A stretch of DNA of 42,671 bases. Origin: a virus. Made by a program: the position numbers and the translations under genes. Where the stretch lies: positions 1-42,671 of IMG/VR virus record IMGVR_UViG_3300045988_003762; one strand, written 5' to 3'. The notes beneath the pieces were generated by a model. The model searched no databases. It was given only the letters and a program-made list of their open reading frames with translations, and was not told the DNA's origin. Below are positions 24,305 through 30,540 of this stretch, in pieces (position 1 is the first letter of the stretch; every line of letters starts with the position of its first letter).

Positions 24305-24829
24305 GTGGATAATTCCACGGAAGATGCCGGAACTGTTCGCTATCAATTAAAAAATGTGCCGCCGACAAACCTATTTGGTGACCAGCAGAATCATATCGAA
24401 CAATGCAAACCCGCCCCGAAGCCGAAGAAAAAAGTTTTGTGGATAATTATTTTATGCCTTTGCCTCTTTGTCGGCGGATTTTGTTATGGAGATTCCGTCG
24501 GATACGAGCGGGCAAAGGACGAATGGTACCACTACGGATACAAAGACGGCGAGAAAGCCGGATATTCGAAAGGGAAAACAGCCGGTTACAATTCAGGTTA
24601 TACAAAGGGGTACAACACGGGGTACAGTAACGGATATAATGCTGGGTATGAAGACGCCCAACCATCATACAGTTATACGCCATACGTTGATTACACAGTT
24701 TATATTACGGTAACAGGCTCCAAGTACCACAGGTGGGGATGTCAGTACCTGCGCTCAAGCTGTTATTCCATTTCACTGACCGACGCAATCGCCAGCGGAT
24801 ACACGGCATGTTCCGTGTGCAGCCCATAG
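24305..24829 (+). CDS. Membrane protein with a Gly/Tyr-rich repeat region and a C-terminal YH-x3-C...CxxC motif (moron / superinfection-exclusion candidate)
   Basis: AGGGGG lies 8 nt before the GTG. TM VLWIIILCLCLFVGGFCYG. GY-x2 repeats (GYSKGKTAGYNSGYTKGYNTGYSNGYNAGY). C-terminal KYHRWGCQYL...ACSVC. Confidence 0.65.
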   Translation: MDNSTEDAGTVRYQLKNVPPTNLFGDQQNHIEQCKPAPKPKKKVLWIIILCLCLFVGGFCYGDSVGYERAKDEWYHYGYKDGEKAGYSKGKTAGYNSGYTKGYNTGYSNGYNAGYEDAQPSYSYTPYVDYTVYITVTGSKYHRWGCQYLRSSCYSISLTDAIASGYTACSVCSP

Positions 24830-24836
24830 TTTAGGC

Positions 24837-24868
24837 GCCCCCGCCGCCTCCGCAACGGCGGCGGGGGC
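24837..24868 (+). terminator. GC-rich hairpin after the membrane-protein gene
   Basis: GCCCCCGCCGCC-8 nt loop-GGCGGCGGGGGC. Only a short T tract follows, so termination efficiency is uncertain. Confidence 0.5.
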
Positions 24869-24942
24869 TTACAGCAGACACACCAACCATCACGCCTGCC
24901 TGCTGCGGCTTTACCGTAGCAGTTTTAAGTTGGGTCGGTCAA

Positions 24943-25010
24943 CGCCAAAAAGGGGAAACCGCGGTTTTCTCGCAACAGAATTAGGATAATTGACCGCCAA
25001 AAAGGGGAAA
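24943..25010 (+). promoter_or_regulatory. Two 16-nt direct repeats (CGCCAAAAAGGGGAAA) flanking the palindrome AAACCGCGGTTT
   Basis: Repeats at 24943..24958 and 24995..25010. The second copy contains the RBS of the 25022 gene. Confidence 0.5.
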
Positions 25011-25021
25011 AGAGGGAAAAA

Positions 25022-25618
25022 ATGGAAGATACGTTAAAGGAATTGTGCCGCGAAGCACGGGATCGACAGAATATCACCATTCAGGACTTGGCAGACGAAA
25101 CCGGAATTTCCATATCCACCATCGGAAACTTTTTTGCTTCCAAATCCAAAGCGCCCAACGTCTATAATGCCGGCGCCATCTGCGCCACCCTCGGGGTGTC
25201 TCTTGACGAATACTTCGGGATAGAGCCGGTCATAACTACAGAAGATGAATTGGCGCAGGCCAACGAACAGCTTGCGCATCAAAAACAGATCCATGACGCC
25301 GATGTGCATATAGCCCGTCTTGAGGGTGGCATAGAGCAGATGAAGAAAACCATTGAATACCAGCGCAAGAAAGTAAGGGACACCAAATTTGCCATTTATG
25401 GCCTTATGCTCTTGTGTGCCATATTTATGGCTGTTATCGTGGGATATATTTTTTTTGACTACTGCGTCCCTAACCAGGGACTTATTCAGGGAGGGCAGGC
25501 CGGTGTATTCGCATGGCTCGTCTTTTTGTTGCTTGCCGCCGGTATCGGCATATTTGCCGCTGTTTTTATCATGTACTTGCGTTACGCAAGGAAACACACA
25601 CCAGACTTCGACGAATAA
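25022..25618 (+). CDS. Membrane-anchored XRE-HTH regulator (HTH, coiled coil, 2 TM)
   Basis: ITIQDLADETGISISTIGNFF is an HTH. TMs are FAIYGLMLLCAIFMAVIVGYIFF and VFAWLVFLLLAAGIGIFAAVFIM. Confidence 0.75.
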   Translation: MEDTLKELCREARDRQNITIQDLADETGISISTIGNFFASKSKAPNVYNAGAICATLGVSLDEYFGIEPVITTEDELAQANEQLAHQKQIHDADVHIARLEGGIEQMKKTIEYQRKKVRDTKFAIYGLMLLCAIFMAVIVGYIFFDYCVPNQGLIQGGQAGVFAWLVFLLLAAGIGIFAAVFIMYLRYARKHTPDFDE

Positions 25619-25651
25619 AACATTCGTTCTATTTTACACAGACATTGTACA

Positions 25652-25714
25652 TCACAAGTTTCTTGTTTTCAAGTGTCGAATTTCACAAGATTCTTGTTAT
25701 CTTCTTGTATACAA
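25652..25714 (+). promoter_or_regulatory. Palindromic boxes upstream of int
   Basis: TCACAAGTTTCTTGTT (25652) and TCACAAGATTCTTGTT (25683) each contain ACAAG-N3-CTTGT and are 31 bp apart. TTGTATACAA is at 25705..25714. Confidence 0.5.
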
Positions 25715-25732
25715 TCCCCATTGGAGGTATCT

Positions 25733-26776
25733 ATGAAAATCCCAAAAGCCACACAGCTGCCATCCGGCAACTGGAACGTCAACATTATGATCGACGGAAA
25801 ACGCATCTCCGTCACCGCCCCCACCAAGCGCGAGGCGGAAAACGAAGCCGCCGCCCTGAAATCCGGTGCCAAAGAGCACACTAAGGCGGAGCGCGTTTCC
25901 CTTACCGCCGCCATTGACGACTACATTGAAAGCAAAAGCGCCGTCCTCTCTCCGGCTACTGTCCGCGGCTATAAAACCGCCCAGAAAAACAGGTTCCCGT
26001 CCCTCATGAATCGTGATGTACGCACCATCACCAAACAGGACGTGCAGCTTGCTGTCAATGCGGAATCTAAGGCCGTCTCTGCCAAAACCGTAGCCAACGC
26101 CTATGGGCTCATTCGCCCCGTACTGAAGGAGTGCGGCGTGGACGTGTTCGGCGTCCGATTGCCGCAGGTGCAGAAGCCTGTCAAGAAATACCTCCAACCG
26201 GAGGACATCGGAAAACTGGTAGAGGCCGTCCAGGGCGATTCCTGCGAGATCCCAATCTTGCTGGCCGTCTGGTTGGGTATGCGCCGTTCCGAGATCGTGG
26301 GTTTGTGCTGGGACTGCGTGGACACGGAGAATAACCTTCTGCATATCCGCCGCGCCGTTGTCCCAGACGAACACAATAAATGGGTGCAGAAGGACACCGC
26401 AAAAAATCTATCCTCCCAGCGTACCATAGACTGCCCGGACTATATCATGGATAAAATACGCCAGCTTCCGCACCGTCCCGATGGCCGCCTGTTTGCTATG
26501 CACCCCGACACTGTCCGAAAGCATATCCACCGCGCCTGCGACCGCGCCGGAATTCAGGATACCACCGTCCACGGCCTGCGCCACACCAATGCCGCCGTTA
26601 TGAAGTCGCTGGGCATTGACGACCGCATCGCAATGGAGCGCGGCGGCTGGAGCTGCGAAAGCACTTACAGAAAGACATATTCCTATGTGTTTGACAGTGC
26701 TAAGACCACCGCAAACACCGCCATCAACGACTACTTTTCAGCACGAATTACAGATGAAATTACAGATGTAAAATAA
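25733..26776 (+). CDS. int: Tyrosine integrase
   Basis: GGAGG RBS. LAVWLGMRRSEI (Arg), HGLRHT (His-x-x-Arg) and a C-terminal RGGW...TYRKTYSYV (Tyr). Confidence 0.9.
   Translation: MKIPKATQLPSGNWNVNIMIDGKRISVTAPTKREAENEAAALKSGAKEHTKAERVSLTAAIDDYIESKSAVLSPATVRGYKTAQKNRFPSLMNRDVRTITKQDVQLAVNAESKAVSAKTVANAYGLIRPVLKECGVDVFGVRLPQVQKPVKKYLQPEDIGKLVEAVQGDSCEIPILLAVWLGMRRSEIVGLCWDCVDTENNLLHIRRAVVPDEHNKWVQKDTAKNLSSQRTIDCPDYIMDKIRQLPHRPDGRLFAMHPDTVRKHIHRACDRAGIQDTTVHGLRHTNAAVMKSLGIDDRIAMERGGWSCESTYRKTYSYVFDSAKTTANTAINDYFSARITDEITDVK
26743..26768 (+). repeat. 26-bp direct repeat, copy 1 (ACGAATTACAGATGAAATTACAGATG), candidate arm-type Int site
   Basis: Identical to 26973..26998. Contains tandem ATTACAGAT units and overlaps the int 3' end. 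Confidence 0.6.
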
Positions 26777-26816
26777 AAAACCGTGTATTTATGCGCCGTT
26801 CCAGCTTTTTTCTGTC

Positions 26817-26842
26817 GGGTTCAAATCCCTCCTTCCGCGCCA
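26817..26842 (+). other. attP core candidate: 3' fragment of a tRNA gene (T-loop, acceptor 3' strand, CCA)
   Basis: GGGTTCAAATCCCTCCTTCCGCGCCA has a T-loop consensus GTTCAAATC, a 7-nt acceptor strand, discriminator G and CCA. No matching 5' half lies upstream. Confidence 0.6.
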
Positions 26843-26850
26843 AAGAGAAA

Positions 26851-26885
26851 ACCGAGGAAACACAACGTTTCCCCGGTTTTTCCTT
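26851..26885 (+). terminator. Terminator following the tRNA fragment
   Basis: ACCGAGGAAAC-loop-GTTTCCCCGGT (one mismatch) followed by TTTTTCCTTTGTTTT. Confidence 0.6.
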
Positions 26886-26972
26886 TGTTTTCAACGCTTT
26901 CCGGCTTTTACCCTTTTGCGTTTATCTTGCGGTAATTACGTCCCATCTGCAAAAATCACAAGAAAATTACAT

Positions 26973-26998
26973 ACGAATTACAGATGAAATTACAGATG
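26973..26998 (+). repeat. 26-bp direct repeat, copy 2
   Basis: Identical to 26743..26768, with an extra degenerate ATTACATA unit just upstream. Confidence 0.6.
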
Positions 26999-27009
26999 AA
27001 ATTCGCCCG

Positions 27010-27429
27010 TCAGGCGTTCTCCATGACGTGCACGGCCTGCCGCAGCGCCTCTTTCACCGTGGGGTCGTCCGTGTCCTGCATCATGCGCTCGATGGCCTCC
27101 TTGCCGCGGCTTTCGCGGGAGTATCCATCGTCGCGGGAATACCGCCCCATAGAATCCCTCTTGCGCCGGTACGAGCTGCCGCGCCCATACGTACCCCGGA
27201 TGCTCGCATCCCAGTCGCCGCCGCGGGAATACCCATCCTCGCGGGAATACCCATCGTCACGGCTGTACCCGCCGCTCTCAAACATGGCAATCTTGTCAAT
27301 GTTCTTGATAGAGGCCGTCAGCTTGTGGATCACGTCCAGCTCCCCGGTGCCCATCTCCTGCTTGCCGGCATACTCGGAAAGCTCGTCACACAGCATCTCG
27401 CGGATGCCAAAAAGTTCTTTCATGTTCAT
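27010..27429 (-). CDS. Hypothetical protein (139 aa) with GYSR(D/E)D repeats
   Basis: GAGAGGAGGGA RBS. MNMKELFGIREMLCDELSEYAGK... then GGYSRDDGYSREDGYSRGGD...YSRDDGYSRESRG. Confidence 0.7.
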   Translation of the reverse strand: MNMKELFGIREMLCDELSEYAGKQEMGTGELDVIHKLTASIKNIDKIAMFESGGYSRDDGYSREDGYSRGGDWDASIRGTYGRGSSYRRKRDSMGRYSRDDGYSRESRGKEAIERMMQDTDDPTVKEALRQAVHVMENA

Positions 27430-27442
27430 GTCGTCCCTCCTC

Positions 27443-27865
27443 TCACGCAATTCTCTCAACGGTCAGATTGCTGTTGGCAAAGCTGACCGCCTGCGTACTG
27501 GTGTTCTTCATGGCGACCGTCAGGCAGCAGCCCTTCGGAACGCACACCTGCGCGGAAACGTAGATATTGAAATAGTTTTCCACAGCAGCAGGCGTCACCG
27601 TCGCTGTGGCGCTGGTCAACGCCTCGCCGTTGACGGCCAGCGCAGCGGTGATGGCTCCCACGGCGCCGCCGGTGGGAATGGCGATGTTGCCGCCGTAAGT
27701 GACTTTGTACAGCGCTCTGCACTGGTTCGTCATCCCGCGCAGCGTCACTACCCCGGCTCCATCACGGTGCACGATGCACGGCTTGCTGTTGACCGCAGTT
27801 TCCGTCATAGGCACATTCTGGCCAGCGGGAACAATCGCGATTCCGGGATTCACGTATTCAGCCAT
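27443..27865 (-). CDS. Hypothetical beta-rich protein (140 aa), possibly a C1q/TNF-like (BclA C-terminal-like) jelly roll
   Basis: AAAGGAGGAG RBS. Ala/Thr/Val/Gly-rich sequence ending ...SFANSNLTVERIA. The fold guess rests on pattern recognition only. Confidence 0.6.
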   Translation of the reverse strand: MAEYVNPGIAIVPAGQNVPMTETAVNSKPCIVHRDGAGVVTLRGMTNQCRALYKVTYGGNIAIPTGGAVGAITAALAVNGEALTSATATVTPAAVENYFNIYVSAQVCVPKGCCLTVAMKNTSTQAVSFANSNLTVERIA

Positions 27866-28073
27866 TTTTCTTCTCCTCCTTTTTCCAAGTAGTTGCCGCA
27901 AAGGGGGAAATGAAGCCGGATGCAAGTACATCTGTATAGCTTGGCTTAAAAAGATTGTCCGCCTTATGCAGCAGATCAGCATAGTTTGTGAGTTCAACCA
28001 TGCTCATTTCGGACTTATCCATAGCGGCAAGATGGTCTACAAATTCTTGTTTCAGCTCGTCAATCGTTTTCAT
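27858..28073 (-). CDS. Hypothetical protein (71 aa)
   Basis: AGAAAGGA RBS before MKTIDELKQEFVDHL. Confidence 0.6.
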   Translation of the reverse strand: MKTIDELKQEFVDHLAAMDKSEMSMVELTNYADLLHKADNLFKPSYTDVLASGFISPFAATTWKKEEKKNG

Positions 28074-28089
28074 GAGTTCAGTCCTTTCT

Positions 28090-28122
28090 AAAAATACAGC
28101 GGCGGAGCTATTGCCCCGCCGC
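28090..28122 (-). terminator. Intra-cassette hairpin plus U-tract
   Basis: On the minus strand: GCGGCGGGGC-AAUA-GCUCCGCCGC followed by UGUAUUUUU. Confidence 0.5.
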
Positions 28123-28189
28123 GTTGGTGTCAGTATCAGCACGGGGCTGAACAGTTCGGAAATCTCGAACAGCTGGTGCTATGCACTTT

Positions 28190-28951
28190 TCAGCAGCCGC
28201 AGCCATTGCAGTTGTACTGATTGCCGCATCCGGTGTACTGGTATGGAGCAGGGACGCTGAACGAAGGAACGGGGCGCGGATTGTAATACGCAAACTGTGC
28301 GCTAACATAGTTGCGCATATCAAGCGTCTGAGCAGACTGAGAGGCCGCGAGGTCAGCAGCAAAAAGACGCTGGTTCTGTTCAGCAATCTTCGCGTCCTTC
28401 GCAGCGATCTCCTGCGCAGTGAGACGCTGATCGATGCTACGGAAGCCGCAGTTCATTGCATCAATGATGTCCCGCGTCGTGTTCTGCACGGTGTTGCGGG
28501 TATCGCACGCCTGCGTCGCCATGTCGTAGCGCACCTGAGCGATAGCTGCACGGTTTTCGCAGCAACAATCAGCGGCCTGCATCTGCATGGCGTTGAGCTG
28601 CTGCATCAGCGCCGCCTGCTGGTTGCTGCGGGAAAGCTCGGCCTGTGCAAAGCCGTTTGCCATCGCCATGTTGGTGCCGTTGACAAGCTGCGCCTGCTGG
28701 TAAAACCCGTCGCAAAGGCCCTGATTTACACTCTCGATCTTGCGCTCGACATTGGCAAAATCAGAGGTCAGCACATAACCGTCCACCACACCGCCGTTGC
28801 TGTTGTTGCCGTAGCCGTTACGGCCCCAGCCAAACAGCAGGATGATAAACAGGATGACCCACCATCCGTTTTCGCCGCCAAAGCCGCTGCCCATCATGCC
28901 GGTAGGGGCCACAGGCATGGTCATGGTGGGACTGCCGTCAGTAATTGCCAT
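28190..28951 (-). CDS. Hypothetical membrane protein (253 aa), Gln/Ala-rich coiled region, CCC motif and Cys-rich C-terminus
   Basis: AAAGGAG lies 8 nt before MAITDGSP. TM WWVILFIILLFGW. ...ADCCCENR...; ends GCGNQYNCNGCGC. Confidence 0.7.
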   Translation of the reverse strand: MAITDGSPTMTMPVAPTGMMGSGFGGENGWWVILFIILLFGWGRNGYGNNSNGGVVDGYVLTSDFANVERKIESVNQGLCDGFYQQAQLVNGTNMAMANGFAQAELSRSNQQAALMQQLNAMQMQAADCCCENRAAIAQVRYDMATQACDTRNTVQNTTRDIIDAMNCGFRSIDQRLTAQEIAAKDAKIAEQNQRLFAADLAASQSAQTLDMRNYVSAQFAYYNPRPVPSFSVPAPYQYTGCGNQYNCNGCGC

Positions 28952-29008
28952 TGTTGTCACTCCTTTCGGATAAAGATGTATTTCATCAAATCGTGGCCAC
29001 GATATTGA

Positions 29009-29218
29009 TCACAAAAGGTTCTGAAACTGCCGCGCCATCGCCTGTGCCCGGTTCAACTGCTCCTGCGTCAGCGCGCCGCTCTGCAGCATCTTCTCTACCT
29101 CTGCTTTCGGGTCGCCCTGAAAGCTCGTTTTGAACTGCTGAAACTTTTGCACCAGCTGCCCAAAATTGCCCAGCGGGTTCACGTTCCCGCCCATCGCCTG
29201 ATAAAACGGATTACTCAT
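29009..29218 (-). CDS. Hypothetical protein (69 aa)
   Basis: GGTGGAGGAGGA RBS. The start overlaps the upstream stop. Confidence 0.6.
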   Translation of the reverse strand: MSNPFYQAMGGNVNPLGNFGQLVQKFQQFKTSFQGDPKAEVEKMLQSGALTQEQLNRAQAMARQFQNLL

Positions 29219-29633
29219 CGTCTTCGTCCTCCTCCACCTTGCGTTTCTTCTTGCCCTTCATTTCGCCCACAAGAGCCGCCAGCGCGTCGAACTCTTTACG
29301 AGTCACATATTCAGGTGCGGGCGCTTTCTGCGATTCAGGCGCGTTTGCAAGCCGCTCCACAAGGTCATATACCTTCAGCGTCGGCTTTCCGCTGGCGTCG
29401 GCCTGCTTTAGGTACACCGTGGGCGCCGTACTGTCCCAAAGAGCCACCGCTGCATTAGGTGCCACCATCCAGCTTCTTGCCTCCTGCTCACCAGACACCC
29501 ACTGCACGCCGCTCTGCGGTATGGGGGTTTGCATCTGCGGCATCTGCTGGGGCATCATCTGTTGCTGCCTGAGCTGACCGAGGTTGTCCGGCATCGGCGC
29601 CATATAGGGGTTTCCGTAATAGGGGTAGTTCAT
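29211..29633 (-). CDS. Hypothetical protein (140 aa): Pro/Gln/Met-rich N-terminus, Lys/Glu/Asp tail
   Basis: ATGA overlap with the upstream gene. MNYPYYGNPYMAPMPDNLGQLRQQQMMPQQMPQMQ...KKKRKVEEDEDDE. Confidence 0.65.
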   Translation of the reverse strand: MNYPYYGNPYMAPMPDNLGQLRQQQMMPQQMPQMQTPIPQSGVQWVSGEQEARSWMVAPNAAVALWDSTAPTVYLKQADASGKPTLKVYDLVERLANAPESQKAPAPEYVTRKEFDALAALVGEMKGKKKRKVEEDEDDE

Positions 29634-30013
29634 TCCTCATCCGTCCTTTCCCAAAAATACAAAGGTGTTTCGGCTCCGGAATCCCACGTGTCATGCCAAT
29701 CTCCGTCTATCACGCACACCACGTGGGACACCAGCGCCAGAAGATATGTACCACGCGGGTGTTCCCTTGCGAAGTCGCCCACGGAATAACTGTCCGGGTA
29801 ATCCTCCGGGATAATATGCCGTCTAAATCCCAGTTTTTTCAGGTACGCGCCCCATACATTGTTGGCACTGGGCATATCCGCCAAAGCCAGCCCCTGCATA
29901 CACAGCTGCACATACGTCTCATGCCATCCCTGCCCCGTGGCCTTGCAGATAGCCCTTACCGGGCAATCCCCCACGTTTTTCCCCGCTGGGTTGGGGTTGT
30001 AGCGCACGAACAT
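29630..30013 (-). CDS. Hypothetical protein (127 aa), conserved YNPNP...GDC...DMPS...H..C.IDG...WDS pattern
   Basis: AAAGAGAGGTGG RBS before MFVRYNPNPAGKNVGDCPVRAI. The Cys/His pattern hints at a small papain-like fold (speculative). Confidence 0.65.
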   Translation of the reverse strand: MFVRYNPNPAGKNVGDCPVRAICKATGQGWHETYVQLCMQGLALADMPSANNVWGAYLKKLGFRRHIIPEDYPDSYSVGDFAREHPRGTYLLALVSHVVCVIDGDWHDTWDSGAETPLYFWERTDEE

Positions 30014-30113
30014 CACGACCACCTCTCTTTGATGTAAGCATACAGGGATATGCCCGTTTCAAAGTGGCGATAAAGGGGCTGAAAAGTGCGCGTAAAAAAA
30101 TCAGCCAACTCTA

Positions 30114-30142
30114 TTGCACTTTTTTATATTCCGCTGTATAAT
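30114..30142 (+). promoter_or_regulatory. Near-consensus sigma-70 promoter TTGCAC-17 nt-TATAAT
   Basis: Read directly. It points towards the terminator at 30190..30222, and no ORF lies between them. Confidence 0.6.
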
Positions 30143-30148
30143 CAGGCT

Positions 30149-30222
30149 ACACACCACTAACGCCGCCGTACCCCCTTTCGGCGGCAAATAAAAAGCCACA
30201 CCTTTTCAGGTGTGGCTTTTTT
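30149..30222 (+). ncRNA. Candidate ~75-nt small RNA (two hairpins)
   Basis: The predicted start is about 7 nt after the -10 element. Hairpin 1 is GCCGCCG-UACCCCCUUU-CGGCGGC (30162..30185). Hairpin 2 is the terminator. Confidence 0.45.
30190..30222. terminator. Bidirectional rho-independent terminator
   Basis: AAAAAGCCACACC-TTTTCAG-GGTGTGGCTTTTTT. T runs follow the stem on both strands. The stop codon of the 83-aa minus-strand gene lies in the loop. Confidence 0.85.
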
Positions 30223-30457
30223 CCGCGTTCAGCCCGTCTGCAATTTTTCGGTATGCCCTGCGCCGGCATCGTTTTACCACGTCCACAGACACGTTCATGC
30301 GAAATGCCTGCTCCACGCAGCTCCGCCGCCGCACATCGCACTCCGCGATGCACTGGGCTTCCTCCTGGGGTAACTCAAAAGATTGGATCCATGCGATAGC
30401 CCTCTTGGGTGCCATGCCCTGCAGCATGGCGCGAATTTCCCTGTGCTCCTGCTTCAT
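30206..30457 (-). CDS. Small sigma-70 region-4-like HTH protein (83 aa)
   Basis: LPQEEAQCIAECDVRRRSCVEQAFRMNVSVDVVKRCRRRAYRKI fits the LP...S..E.A......S...V.....RA pattern. The RBS is weak. Confidence 0.5.
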   Translation of the reverse strand: MKQEHREIRAMLQGMAPKRAIAWIQSFELPQEEAQCIAECDVRRRSCVEQAFRMNVSVDVVKRCRRRAYRKIADGLNAEKSHT

Positions 30458-30540
30458 CCTGCTTACGCAGGCCTGCGGATCGCCTTTCGGCGGGATGGTG
30501 CCATAGGATGGTTGCGCCTATCGCCCGTTACTCCTTTCGT

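Noticed and set aside
26770-26842. A complete tRNA gene next to int
   Set aside because: Only the T-loop and 3' acceptor part are present. The sequence about 70 nt upstream cannot form the complementary acceptor 5' strand (GCGGAAG) or D and anticodon arms, so it is an attP tRNA fragment.
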